Below, piece by piece: positions 51,786-64,000 of a stretch of 64,000 bases of DNA. Each line of letters opens with the position of its first letter. The first letter of the stretch is position 1. This stretch comes from Gammaproteobacteria bacterium (GTDB lineage: Bacteria > Pseudomonadota > Gammaproteobacteria > Eutrophobiales > Eutrophobiaceae), in contig CAXMWX010000005.1 of the NCBI GenBank assembly GCA_963422205.2, positions 384,001-448,000 of the forward strand, in the 5' to 3' direction. Below the pieces are notes generated by a model. The model was not told the origin of the DNA and ran no database searches. It saw only the letters and a program-made list of their open reading frames with translations. The translations under genes were made by a program, and so were the position numbers.

Positions 51786-53332
51786 GCCTCCCGTGCAGGG
51801 TAAAAATCTCTATAACCGGTGAGCCACATAACCGCCGTGTAAATCAACACGCCGATAGCAATCCACAGCAACAACTCCAACACGCGCTCAGTAAGTACCA
51901 GCCCTGACCAGTGATCCAAACCGGGCACAAACAGATACAGGGGCAGACTCATCAAGCCCACCGCCAGGCTGATACGCAGTAAATGCTTCGCCCAGCCCGG
52001 CTGGTACTGATAATGACCACCACGCCTTAAACGACGGTATAAAATGGCCACATTAATATACGCAGACAATGAAGTCGCCAAGGCGAGGCCAGCATGAGCA
52101 AGCGGGATCACCAGCAGCAAACTCAACACAATATTGCACAACATCGCAATAGCCGCCGCCCGCACCGGCGTTTTGGTGTCCTGTCGTGCAAAAAATCCCG
52201 ATGACAGGATTTTAGTCAATATAACACCCGGCAGACCCAGCGCATAGGCGATCAGGCTGTAGCTTGACATCTCAACATAAAAGCGGCTGAACTCATGGTA
52301 TTGAAACAGCGTTGAGATGGCCGGTGCCGCTAACAATATCAGCCCGAGTGTGGCCGGAACAGCGATGACAAAAACCCAGCGCAAGGCCCAGTCCAGAGTT
52401 TTGCTGAAAGCCTGCATCTCAGCATGGCTGTGTTTGTCGGACAGGTAAGGCAGGATCACCGTTGCCAGCGCAATGCCAAAGATCCCCAGGGGGAAGGCAA
52501 TCAGCCGGTCGGAGAAATACAGCCAGGAAATACTGCCGCTTTGCAAAAATGAGGCGATCATGGTATCGACCAGCAGGTTGATCTGCATGACAGAAGTGGC
52601 AAACAGGGCCGGCAGCATTAATTTGAAGATACGCCTTGCACCTTCCCAGTCTTTATTCAGGCCCGGCCCTGGTAACATGCCGATACGCTGCAAGAAAGGC
52701 AACTGGAACACCAGCTGCACGATGCCTGCAATCAACACCCCCCAGGCCAGGGCGATGACCTTGCTGGTCTCAGGAAACCGGGGCGCCAGCCAGATGGCAC
52801 AGCCAAGCAGCGAGAGATTCAGCAACACCGGGGTGAATGCCGGCACAGCAAAACGCCCATAGGTATTCAAAATACCCCCGGCCAGGGCGGTCAGCGAGAT
52901 GAACAGGATATAAGGAAAGGTGATCCGCAACATATCAGCCGCCAGCAGTTGTTTCCCCGGCTGCTCGATAAAACCCGGCGCAAACAGATAGATCAACCAG
53001 GGCGCCAGCAACACCCCCAGCACGGTGGTGACCAGCAACACCAGCCCCAGCACAGCGGTGATCTGCGCTACCAGCGCCTGTGCCGCCGCCGGCTCTCTTT
53101 GCTGTTTGTACTCCGCCAGCACTGGCACAAAGGCTTGGGAGAAGCCACCTTCAGCGAAGATACGCCGCAGAAAATTGGGGATGCGAAAGGCGACAATGAA
53201 CGCATCCAGCCCGCCGCTGGCACTGAAAAAAACCGCCAGGACGACATCACGCAACAGACCAAAAACCCGTGACAGCAAGGTCATCAGGCTGACGATCAGA
53301 GTCGATTTCAGCAATTTTCTACTCATCTTCAA
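51782..53332 (-). CDS. murJ: Lipid II flippase MurJ
   Basis: SRVFGLLRD, PNFLRRIFAEG, FFARQDTKTP. Confidence 0.97.
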   Translation of the reverse strand: MKMSRKLLKSTLIVSLMTLLSRVFGLLRDVVLAVFFSASGGLDAFIVAFRIPNFLRRIFAEGGFSQAFVPVLAEYKQQREPAAAQALVAQITAVLGLVLLVTTVLGVLLAPWLIYLFAPGFIEQPGKQLLAADMLRITFPYILFISLTALAGGILNTYGRFAVPAFTPVLLNLSLLGCAIWLAPRFPETSKVIALAWGVLIAGIVQLVFQLPFLQRIGMLPGPGLNKDWEGARRIFKLMLPALFATSVMQINLLVDTMIASFLQSGSISWLYFSDRLIAFPLGIFGIALATVILPYLSDKHSHAEMQAFSKTLDWALRWVFVIAVPATLGLILLAAPAISTLFQYHEFSRFYVEMSSYSLIAYALGLPGVILTKILSSGFFARQDTKTPVRAAAIAMLCNIVLSLLLVIPLAHAGLALATSLSAYINVAILYRRLRRGGHYQYQPGWAKHLLRISLAVGLMSLPLYLFVPGLDHWSGLVLTERVLELLLWIAIGVLIYTAVMWLTGYRDFYPAREA

Positions 53333-53505
53333 ATAGCGATATGTCCCTGAGAAATCATGACCATATCGGGGCTATATCATTGTTTCCAATATATTAGTTG
53401 CAAAACCTTTGAGCATACCACAATGTCAAGAGTGATTGACAAACCACCTGCATATCCGCATAGTTATGCGCCTTTGACAAACCATATGATTTGAAGGAGT
53501 AACCC

Positions 53506-53766
53506 TTGGCCAATATTGCCTCAGCAAAGAAACGCATCCGACAATCACAGAAGCGACGGCAGCAGAACATGGCGCAACGTTCCATGCTGCGCTCCAGTAT
53601 CAAACGTGTCGCTGCTGCCATCGCCAGTGGTGACAAAGCAGCCGCAAACGCCGCCTACCCACCTGCCATGTCCATGATCGACAAGATGGCCAGTAAAGGC
53701 ATTATTCACAAGAACAAGGCCGCCCGCCATAAAAGCCGCCTGAGTGCCCAGATCCAGGCACTGTAA
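53506..53766 (+). CDS. rpsT: 30S ribosomal protein S20
   Basis: [10 protein letters not shown]...[16 protein letters not shown]. Confidence 0.98.
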   Translation: MANIASAKKRIRQSQKRRQQNMAQRSMLRSSIKRVAAAIASGDKAAANAAYPPAMSMIDKMASKGIIHKNKAARHKSRLSAQIQAL

Positions 53767-53869
53767 GACAGCACGCAAGCACCTCTCAAGAGACGGACGC
53801 CGGGGCAGGCACGGCGCTCGGCTATTTTCACACCGGCACAGCCTGCACCTCATCAGGACAGCGGCCAGC

Positions 53870-56069
<2,200 letters not shown>

Positions 56070-56251
56070 TCAAGACATGCGGTTGCTGGACTCATCGGCA
56101 CGAACATCATGGCGAGCAGCACCCCAGCCATGCTGTCCTCACCTGTCGGCGAGGGCGATAGCAACAGGGGCAGCTATTGGGCGAGACAAGCGCACAGCCA
56201 AGCCGTGGATTCAGGTGGTGGCAGCCAGGCGTTCTGCCAAGGGGGTAGTTG

Positions 56252-56509
56252 TCAACTCGCCAGCACGTTCACATAGGTGCGCTTGCGCGGCCCACGGCGG
56301 GTAAATTGAACCTGGCCATCGCGCATGGCAAACAAGGTGTGATCATGCCCCATGCCCACATTGACACCGGCATGGAAGCGGGTGCCACGCTGGCGTACAA
56401 TGATGTTGCCTGCCTTGACCTGCTCGCTGCCAAAGCGCTTTACCCCCAGCCGTTTCGATTCTGAATCGCGACCGTTTTTCGAACTGCCGCCTGCTTTTTT
56501 GTGTGCCAT
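56252..56509 (-). CDS. rpmA: 50S ribosomal protein L27
   Basis: [16 protein letters not shown]. Confidence 0.99.
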   Translation of the reverse strand: MAHKKAGGSSKNGRDSESKRLGVKRFGSEQVKAGNIIVRQRGTRFHAGVNVGMGHDHTLFAMRDGQVQFTRRGPRKRTYVNVLAS

Positions 56510-56547
56510 GAGTCTGCTGCTGCTCCAACGTTATCGGATTATCCAGG

Positions 56548-56862
56548 TTATCCGGGGGTAATGTCATTGATGGTCAATTCAGTATACGCCTGCCGGTGTC
56601 CCATCTGTTTGCGATGGTGTTTGCGCCGTTTGAACTTTATAATGTTGACCTTGGGGCGGCGCCCGTGCGCCTTGACGGTGGCCGTCACCCTGGCACCGCT
56701 GAGGTGGGGCGTACCCACGCTGACCGCATCACCATCGGCAACCAGCAGCACGTCAGTCAACTCCACGGTATCATCTTTACTGACGTTCAGTTTTTCAACC
56801 CGGATGGTATCGCCTGCCGCTACCCGGTATTGTTTGCCCCCGGTCTTAATCACCGCATACAT
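56548..56862 (-). CDS. rplU: 50S ribosomal protein L21
   Basis: MYAVIKTGGKQYRV...GHRQ. Confidence 0.99.
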   Translation of the reverse strand: MYAVIKTGGKQYRVAAGDTIRVEKLNVSKDDTVELTDVLLVADGDAVSVGTPHLSGARVTATVKAHGRRPKVNIIKFKRRKHHRKQMGHRQAYTELTINDITPG

Positions 56863-57033
56863 AAATTCATGCCCCCAGATACTGGTCAGTCAGCCAGGTG
56901 GTGTTAGATAAGGGTGCAGATTTTAAGGAATTGCCGCTGTTCTCACAAGCACTATTGACAGATTAAGGGCGGGATTGTTTGGCTTTCTCTGCCAGCCTTG
57001 GCAAAATGCCGTAACAGTCAGGAAAATGACCCG

Positions 57034-58038
57034 ATGACCGCCACAACACAGGCCGTAGCCGCACCGAAAATGGATATTGCTGACATCCGTACATTGATCA
57101 AGGAGGACATGGACAAAGTGAACCGCCTGATTCAGCGCAAATTACACTCTGAAGTGAGCCTGATCGATCAGTGCGGCCATTATATCGTCAACAGCGGGGG
57201 TAAACGCCTGCGTCCGGCCCTGGTGCTGCTGAGCGCCCGGTCTTTTGCCTATGAACACGAGCAGCACATTGATTTATCAGCCATTATTGAATTTATCCAT
57301 ACCGCCACCCTGCTGCATGACGATGTCGTTGATGCTTCAGCGCTGCGGCGTGGGCGGGTGAGCGCCAATCAGCGCTGGGGCAATGAGGCCAGCGTGCTGG
57401 TGGGTGATTTTCTCTATTCACGCGCCTTTCAGATGATGGTTGAGGCAGGATCCAGCCAGGTCATGCAGATCATGGCAGATGCGACCAATACCATTGCCGA
57501 GGGGGAAGTGCAGCAGCTATTGAACAGACATGACCCGGACACGACCGAGGCGCGTTACCTGCAAGTCGTCCACAACAAGACCGCCAAGCTGTTTGCCGCC
57601 GCCGCCCAGCTGGGGGCGGTCATCGCCGGCCAGGATGAGACCACCGAGATGGCGATGGCGAGCTATGGCAAACACCTTGGCATCGCCTATCAGCTGGTTG
57701 ATGATGTGCTGGATTACAGCGCAACAGCCGATGTGCTGGGCAAGAACATGGGCGATGATCTGGCGGAGGGAAAACCGACGCTGCCCCTGCTGTATGCCAT
57801 GTGGCACGGTGATGACACCCAGTCGACCATTATCCGGCAGGCTATCAAAAGCGGTGGCCTGGAAGAGTTGGATGAAATCACCGGGGCGATTGAGCAGACG
57901 GGGGCGCTGGCGTACACAGCAGAGCGTGCCCGCCAGGAGGCCAGTACCGCCATGGCGGCGATAACCGATCTGCCTGTATCTGAATACAAAGACGCCTTGT
58001 ATGCCTTGGCGGTTTTTGTTACCCAGAGGACACATTAA
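57034..58038 (+). CDS. ispB: Octaprenyl diphosphate synthase
   Basis: GGKRLRP, LHDDVVD, YQLVDDVLD; divergent from rplU. Confidence 0.96.
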   Translation: MTATTQAVAAPKMDIADIRTLIKEDMDKVNRLIQRKLHSEVSLIDQCGHYIVNSGGKRLRPALVLLSARSFAYEHEQHIDLSAIIEFIHTATLLHDDVVDASALRRGRVSANQRWGNEASVLVGDFLYSRAFQMMVEAGSSQVMQIMADATNTIAEGEVQQLLNRHDPDTTEARYLQVVHNKTAKLFAAAAQLGAVIAGQDETTEMAMASYGKHLGIAYQLVDDVLDYSATADVLGKNMGDDLAEGKPTLPLLYAMWHGDDTQSTIIRQAIKSGGLEELDEITGAIEQTGALAYTAERARQEASTAMAAITDLPVSEYKDALYALAVFVTQRTH

Positions 58039-58240
58039 CTGGTGCATCGGCGGGCGATGACGATGGCCTTCGCATGCGCCGGAGAGAGCCCATCACCGCC
58101 ATGGATGACAGAGCAGCAATCGTTCCTGACGATTGCTTTGCATACACGCCACACTTGGGAGATATGAAGATAAATGCAACAGGATTGCCCAGAGCAATTC
58201 TTGGCCTTGGCATCTCGGCGGGTGTGTGCCGCCCGTACAT

Positions 58241-58270
58241 AAAAAAAGCCTGCTGGGGGGCAGCAGGCTT
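58241..58270 (-). terminator. Rho-independent terminator (minus strand)
   Basis: AAGCCTGCTG-loop-CAGCAGGC followed by T7 on minus strand. Confidence 0.8.
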
Positions 58271-58321
58271 CAAGGTTGAGTTGTCACGTGTGTAATCAAC
58301 TCTAAGGGAGGGGGATTGACA

Positions 58322-58429
58322 TCAACTGTTGTCTGATTTCTCGTTATCTGCGGATAAAAACTGCTCTGAGATAAAATCGGCGATACAAGTTATCGCAAAC
58401 AAAATAATGGCTACGTTAATCATTTCCAA
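58322..58429 (-). CDS. Putative 33-35-aa single-TM small protein divergent from LysR
   Basis: AAAGGAG RBS; (LE)MINVAIILFAITCIADFISEQFLSADNEKSDNS; terminator downstream. Confidence 0.5.
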   Translation of the reverse strand: MEMINVAIILFAITCIADFISEQFLSADNEKSDNS

Positions 58430-58552
58430 ATGCTCCTTTTAAGATAAAAATCTGTGTTAATTCGTTTTAGTCTAGCCCTTAATAGGAATAATTCAAATAT
58501 ATTGTTATCATAATAAACATGATTGATAATTATATCTTACGATGTCATCTCT

Positions 58553-59479
58553 ATGCGAAACGCACTCTCAAGAACCGATCTTAACCTGTTGGTTGCCTTG
58601 AAGGTTTTGATTGAGGAGAGAAATGTCACCAAGGCAGCAGAGCGGCTTTTTATCACCCAGCCGGCGATGAGTAAAACGCTGCACCGATTACGGCGCCTGT
58701 TTGATGATCCGCTGTTCACACGCACCTCCCACGGCCTGGTTCCCACCCCCAAAACCGAGGAGTTGAGCGCACCCCTGCATGCGATACTGGCGCAGATTGA
58801 AACTTCGCTGCTGATGCCGGATTTCAACCCCGCCAAGGTGAGGGGTAAAATCTTCATTACCGCCCCTGAATTTTTTGCGATCGGCGCGATTCCGATGTTA
58901 CTGGACAAACTACAGCAACAGGCACCTCACCTGTTGATCCAGTCACGTAACCTGCTTGATAATCAGGAGGAGCAACTGGCCAACGGTCAACTGGACTTTG
59001 CTATCGATTTGCAGCAACACTATGGCACACACATTACCTGCCATGAGCTATTTACCACGAAGGCCGTGTTATGGATGCGAGAGCAACATCCGCTGGCCAG
59101 CAAAGCAAGAGTCACCCGCAAAGAGTTGATACAATACCCTTTCATCAGCCTGCTGATCCCAAATATTCACGATATGGATTTACAAACCACCAGGGAGCGC
59201 CTGGTCAATAGCGGCATCGGCGAGCAGCCGATCTTAAGAACATCACAACTGCTAACAGCCCTGGAATCACTGGCACGCAGTGACTGTCTGCTGATCGGGC
59301 CTGACTATCTCGGCAGGTTCAAGCTGACCAAAAGCCATATCATATCCAAGGCCATACCCAAGGGGCTGAGGGTGGATAACTTTCCCATGCGCCTGTGCCT
59401 GATCCAGCATCAACGCACACACAACTCGCACCTGCACATCTGGCTGAGGGAATTAATGCTGGCGCTGTTTCAGGATTGA
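58553..59479 (+). CDS. LysR family transcriptional regulator
   Basis: DLNLLVAL...ERNVTKAAERLFITQPAMS...DPLFTR. Confidence 0.95.
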   Translation: MRNALSRTDLNLLVALKVLIEERNVTKAAERLFITQPAMSKTLHRLRRLFDDPLFTRTSHGLVPTPKTEELSAPLHAILAQIETSLLMPDFNPAKVRGKIFITAPEFFAIGAIPMLLDKLQQQAPHLLIQSRNLLDNQEEQLANGQLDFAIDLQQHYGTHITCHELFTTKAVLWMREQHPLASKARVTRKELIQYPFISLLIPNIHDMDLQTTRERLVNSGIGEQPILRTSQLLTALESLARSDCLLIGPDYLGRFKLTKSHIISKAIPKGLRVDNFPMRLCLIQHQRTHNSHLHIWLRELMLALFQD

Positions 59480-59540
59480 TGAGCTGGACAAACGGCCTGC
59501 TGCAAAAACTCCCATCGAAAAAACCCTGTTCAATCCCCCG

Positions 59541-60968
59541 ATGATCCCCCGTTTCCCCTTTTTTCTGTACAGCAGTTTTTTATCTTTCGCCCTGGCAACG
59601 GCAATGGCAACCCCCCTGCCAACCCCAATCAAATCCAGCATCAACAGCCACGGCATTCCGCCCACGGCCTATGGTCTGTATGTCAAGCAGCTGGGTTCCC
59701 ATGAGCCGCTGGTAAGCGTGAATGCCGATACTGCCCGCAACCCGGCCTCGGCGATCAAGATCGTCACCACCCTGGCGGTGCTGGAGATTCTCGGGCCGGT
59801 GTGGCGCTGGAAAACAGAAGTCTACACACGCGGCAGGATCAGCGAAGGCGTACTGCATGGTGATCTGGTGTTCAAAGGCTATGGCGATCCCTATCTGACA
59901 ACAGAAGAATTATGGCGGCTGCTGAAAAATTTACGCCGTAAAGGCATCAAACAAATCAACGGCGATATACTCATCGACAACAGTTATTTTACCATCCCCC
60001 ATGAAGACCCGGCGGCCTTTGATAACCGGCCGCTGCGTGCTTATAACGTCCCGCCCAGTGCCTTTATGGTCAATTTCAAGACGGCGTATTTTTATTTCTC
60101 CCCGGCCGCCAATGGCCGCAAGGTGCTGATCGATGTAGAACCCCCATTGCCTAACCTGAAGATAGAAAATCGTCTGCAGTTAAAGAAATCCGGCTGTCAT
60201 GGTTATCAGCGCGGCATCGCCATGCGTACAGCCGAGCAGGCCAGCGCCGATCATATTATCTTCGAAGGCAGCTTTCCTACCGGCTGCCGGGAATACGTGT
60301 TAGCGCGCACGGCACTGGCACACCCGACATTTGCCTTTGGTGTGATTGCTTCATTATGGCAGCAACTCGGCGGCAGGATCAGCGGCCAAGTCGGTTCCAC
60401 GACCGTGCAAAGGCAAGAAAAGCCTAAGCTGGTCTGGCGCTCCAAACCCCTGGCCGATGTGATCAGACTGGTGAATAAATTCAGCAACAATGTGATGACC
60501 CGGCAACTCCTGCTCACCCTTGGGGCAACACAGGCCGACAAGACCGGCACAGTTGAAAATGGTCGCCAGGTAATCTACGACTATCTGACACAACAAGGAC
60601 TGGATATCAGCTCCCTGCACATTGACAACGGGGCGGGCCTCTCACGTAATGTACGCATCTCTCCCCGGCTGTTAAGCGAGATCCTGGAGTTGGGCGCAAA
60701 CTCGTTGTTTCACGCTGAATTCAAATCGTCACTGGCGATCATCGGGATGGATGGTACAGCAAGGAGACGTCTGGCCGGCCAGCAGGAAGCCGGACATGCC
60801 CACCTCAAGACCGGCACGATTGATCATGTCTCGGCGGCGGCGGGTTACGTGACCTCAAACAGCGGCAAAAAATATGTCTATGCGGCGATGATCAATCATA
60901 CAAACGCCCACCGGGGTTCAGGCAAGGCCGTGATGAATGCCATCATCCGCTGGCTCTACAGGCAATGA
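59541..60968 (+). CDS. dacB: D-Ala-D-Ala carboxypeptidase/endopeptidase PBP4
   Basis: PASAIK, GYGDP, FSNN, KTGT. Confidence 0.95.
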   Translation: MIPRFPFFLYSSFLSFALATAMATPLPTPIKSSINSHGIPPTAYGLYVKQLGSHEPLVSVNADTARNPASAIKIVTTLAVLEILGPVWRWKTEVYTRGRISEGVLHGDLVFKGYGDPYLTTEELWRLLKNLRRKGIKQINGDILIDNSYFTIPHEDPAAFDNRPLRAYNVPPSAFMVNFKTAYFYFSPAANGRKVLIDVEPPLPNLKIENRLQLKKSGCHGYQRGIAMRTAEQASADHIIFEGSFPTGCREYVLARTALAHPTFAFGVIASLWQQLGGRISGQVGSTTVQRQEKPKLVWRSKPLADVIRLVNKFSNNVMTRQLLLTLGATQADKTGTVENGRQVIYDYLTQQGLDISSLHIDNGAGLSRNVRISPRLLSEILELGANSLFHAEFKSSLAIIGMDGTARRRLAGQQEAGHAHLKTGTIDHVSAAAGYVTSNSGKKYVYAAMINHTNAHRGSGKAVMNAIIRWLYRQ

Positions 60969-61036
60969 CGCAGCAACCTGTCAGGACACAAAATACGCAC
61001 ACCAGGCTCATGGCATCCGCTATACACGCTATTCTC

Positions 61037-61753
61037 TTATGGCCATTGCCTTATGATCGTATCGGGGCTGTGTACCCCCAAGGTCGCCACATAACCGGCG
61101 GCAACCTCCAGGCGATGCAGGGACCACTGCCTTGCCGCAGTTGCATCCGTATGCAGCCGCAACAGCCTGGCGGCACTGTCTGGCTCGACATTCACCTCAA
61201 AGGCTTTTAAGCCATAAGCGATCCCATCCCCCACGGCCTTGACAAAGGCTTCCTTGCGAGTCCAGCAGCTAAAAAATGCCGTTACGGCGTGCTCGCCCGC
61301 ATAGTGTTGCAAGGCATCATACTCAGCCGGGGAGAAAAAACGTTTTGCCAGTGCCGGCCAGCACACCTCCGGGCGGACCTTCTCTATATCCACCCCGACA
61401 GCATCAACCAATGTCAGGGCCAGCAGCACCTCGCCCTGTGAGTGGCTGACATTAAATTGAATATCGCTACGCCCATGGCGCTCATGCAACACCAGCTTGC
61501 CATGTTCAAGCGTGCTGAATTGAATATCCGCAGCGGGCAGATGCAGGTGTTCGGATAAACGCTGCCTCAAGAGGCCACGGGTGATGATAAATTCATGGTA
61601 TTTATACGCCGCCCGGCATTGCCCGGCACGGTGCAGCTCATCGCTGTTCAGTTGTTGCCGGTAGACGGGCAACTGTGCCAGCCCCTGTGCAACATTCACC
61701 GACCAGACATCAACGATGCCTCGTCGTAACCCGGGCCAGGCGGCAACGCTCAT
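61037..61753 (-). CDS. Sfp-type 4'-phosphopantetheinyl transferase
   Basis: FNVSHS, VGVDIE, WTRKEAFVKAVG. Confidence 0.93.
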   Translation of the reverse strand: MSVAAWPGLRRGIVDVWSVNVAQGLAQLPVYRQQLNSDELHRAGQCRAAYKYHEFIITRGLLRQRLSEHLHLPAADIQFSTLEHGKLVLHERHGRSDIQFNVSHSQGEVLLALTLVDAVGVDIEKVRPEVCWPALAKRFFSPAEYDALQHYAGEHAVTAFFSCWTRKEAFVKAVGDGIAYGLKAFEVNVEPDSAARLLRLHTDATAARQWSLHRLEVAAGYVATLGVHSPDTIIRQWP

Positions 61754-62754
61754 GCGCTCTCCCGTTGGGGATCAGCCAGGGCAGCGGCCAGGGCTGCCAT
61801 CCCCCGTGCCATGCTCACCCTGGGCGTATAGCCAAGATCACGTGCAGCGGCGCCGAGATCATACCAGTGTGAACAGGCCAGCTGTCTGGCGATAAAACGA
61901 GTCATAAACGGCTCCTGCTGGATGCGAAAGAGCGCATAAAACCCTTCCGTGACTGCACCGATGCCGTACAGCAGCCTTGGGTTGATCGTCTTCGTTACCG
62001 GGTCAAGCCCGGCGGCCTGTAACATAGCGTTGATCAGGGAGGCCATCGCCACCGGCTCACCATTACCGATGAAGTAGGTCTTGCCCGCACAGGCAGCACC
62101 GCACGCCAGGGCCTCGGCTGCCAATACATGGGCATCCACGGCATTATCAATATAGACAGCATCCATCAATTTACCGGGGGCATTGACCAAGCGCAACCTG
62201 CCGGTCCTGGCGCGCTTGATAATCCGCGGCAGCAGTTGCGTATCGCCAGGCCCCCAGAGCAGATGAGGACGCAGTGCAACAGTGGCCAGCGCCGTTGAAT
62301 TGGCGGCCAGCACCAGGCGCTCGGCCTCGGCCTTGGTGCGCTGGTAATGCGTCATCATGTGATGCGAATACGGCGCAGACTCATCCACGCCCTCATCATC
62401 GGTACCATCGAAAACAACACTGGGCGAGCTGGTATAGATCAGCCTGCCGATCTGCTGCTGCCGACACGCCCGCAAGACATTTTCCGTGCCTTGCACGTTA
62501 CTGCGGTAGTAGTCCTGATAATCCCCCCAGACACCAGCCCTGGCCGCCACATGAAAGATAATATCACAGCCCTCCGCCGCCTGGCTGACACGCTCCGCAA
62601 TGGCGATATCACCCTGAAAATTTATCATCCCCGGCTGCTGCAAGCGCTCATAGCGACCACGTTGCAGGGTATGGACGGTATCACCCCGCCGCCACAGGGC
62701 CCGGGCGATAGCCCCGCCCAGAAAACCGCCCGCCCCGGTCACCAACGCCTTCAC
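61750..62754 (-). CDS. oleD: 2-alkyl-3-oxoalkanoate reductase (OleD)
   Basis: VTGAGGFLG, YTSSPSVVF, YQRTK, LRPHLLWGPGD; coupled to oleC. Confidence 0.85.
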   Translation of the reverse strand: MKALVTGAGGFLGGAIARALWRRGDTVHTLQRGRYERLQQPGMINFQGDIAIAERVSQAAEGCDIIFHVAARAGVWGDYQDYYRSNVQGTENVLRACRQQQIGRLIYTSSPSVVFDGTDDEGVDESAPYSHHMMTHYQRTKAEAERLVLAANSTALATVALRPHLLWGPGDTQLLPRIIKRARTGRLRLVNAPGKLMDAVYIDNAVDAHVLAAEALACGAACAGKTYFIGNGEPVAMASLINAMLQAAGLDPVTKTINPRLLYGIGAVTEGFYALFRIQQEPFMTRFIARQLACSHWYDLGAAARDLGYTPRVSMARGMAALAAALADPQRESA

Positions 62755-64000
62755 CGCATCTGCCTCTGCGCCCAGGCGGCTAATTGCTCTCGGTCAATTT
62801 TGGCATTATGCCGGACATCCACCGGGAACTGCGGATGAAAAAAGAAATGTTTTATCCTGGCGGTTTGCGCTGTGCCAGCACCAAGCGCCAACAACTCATC
62901 AACGATCGTTGCCAGCTTCACCCGCTTGATGCCTGCCTCCAGCTCAACGCACAAAGCAGGCAAGGTCGCACCGCCGATCTGTAGCGGGATCAGCGCCGTG
63001 CGAAAGACATGTGCATGGGTATTGAACACCGCCTCACAACACACCGAATAATACCTCATCCCCTGGCTTTCAACCCGGTGGCTTTTGCGCCCGCAAAACC
63101 ACACCCGCCCCTGCTCATCCAGATAACCCAGATCGCCCATGCGATGATAAAACGAATCGCCCGCCGGAATCTTTGCCAGGGCAGTGGCCTGCTGCCGATG
63201 GTAATACCCTGCCGTCACCTGCTCACCCTGCACCACGATCTCACCAGTCGCATACGCTGGCAGGGGCAGATCATCCCGCCAGTCATCAATCGCCTCATCG
63301 GTGATGCCAATAATATGCAGCGTGATCCCGGCCACAGGCGGCCCGATGCAAATGCCCTTGCCCTGCCGGGTCAGCGCACCGGTCTCATCCAGCACGGTCT
63401 GGCTGTCAATCGAACACACCGGCAGGGCTTCAGTGGCACCGTAGGGCGTATGGATACAGGCGGGCGCATCCAGGGCCGGGCTTAATTTACGCAACACCTC
63501 TACCGGCACCGGCGCACCCGCCGACAACACCCGCTTCAGGCTGAGCATATTCTTCTTATGCCATATCAGCCAGTCGCCGAGGCGATTCAGCAGGGCCGGC
63601 GAGCCGAACATCGTGGTGGGCTGGAACCTGTCAACCGCTTGCATCAGGATATCCGGGTCAACACGGCCAGGACGGCTGAAATCCATCGCCGGGATGATCG
63701 CCGTCATGCCCAGCGCCGGTGCGAACAGGGCGAACAAGGGAAAAGTCGCCAGATCAACCTCCCCCGGCCGGATGTCATACAGGGTGCGAATGGCTTTAAC
63801 CTGGGCGTTAAAATTGGCATGGGTATAGATCACGCCCTTGGGTACGCCCGTGCTGCCGCTGGTAAACAGGATCGCCGCCAGGTCGTGATGATGGGTCGGG
63901 TTCATGGCAGGCAGGGGCGAATCGGCGGCCAGGCGTCTTATCAACGGCAGATCAGACAGGCAATAACCAAACAGCCGCCACGGCTCCACCACGATCGTGA
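62751..64000 (-). CDS. oleC: Olefin beta-lactone synthetase (OleC), 5' end outside window
   Basis: ILFTSGSTGVPKG, TPYGATE, HRMGD, FPVDVRHNAKI. Confidence 0.88.
   Translation of the reverse strand, partial: TIVVEPWRLFGYCLSDLPLIRRLAADSPLPAMNPTHHHDLAAILFTSGSTGVPKGVIYTHANFNAQVKAIRTLYDIRPGEVDLATFPLFALFAPALGMTAIIPAMDFSRPGRVDPDILMQAVDRFQPTTMFGSPALLNRLGDWLIWHKKNMLSLKRVLSAGAPVPVEVLRKLSPALDAPACIHTPYGATEALPVCSIDSQTVLDETGALTRQGKGICIGPPVAGITLHIIGITDEAIDDWRDDLPLPAYATGEIVVQGEQVTAGYYHRQQATALAKIPAGDSFYHRMGDLGYLDEQGRVWFCGRKSHRVESQGMRYYSVCCEAVFNTHAHVFRTALIPLQIGGATLPALCVELEAGIKRVKLATIVDELLALGAGTAQTARIKHFFFHPQFPVDVRHNAKIDREQLAAWAQRQMR

Overview
Gammaproteobacterial window with two parts. Positions 1 to ~34,140 are a decaying integrative conjugative element / genomic island ending at a tRNA-Thr(CGT) with a pseudogenised integrase. 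It carries relics of a Dot/Icm-like type IVB system (IcmS-like, IcmV-like, a DotD::PilV chimera, frameshifted topB), an iteron array beside a stand-alone tyrosine recombinase, and a dense toxin/defence cargo: 3 HipA, 3 Fic, Doc, 5 nucleotidyltransferases, HigBA, Uma2, IetAS, sce7726 and MmeI-type fragments. Positions ~34,200-64,000 are mostly core chromosome: pilE/fimT/pilVWXY1, ispH-lspA-ileS-ribF-murJ, rpsT, proB-obgE-rpmA-rplU, ispB, LysR, dacB, PPTase and oleD-oleC. The main candidate novelty is that unrelated toxin-like enzymes, but not their antitoxins, carry appended S/P/T-rich C-terminal tails, several ending in SPGM/GPGM/TPSM/PMGM. This suggests a type IVB-exported arsenal derived from toxin-antitoxin toxins. 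Two further patterns: cargo is repeatedly bracketed by orphan duplicates of gene 3' ends, and four paralogous small tail-anchored coiled-coil genes sit inside the minor-pilin operon. Family assignments come from motif reading and recalled sequences, not database searches.
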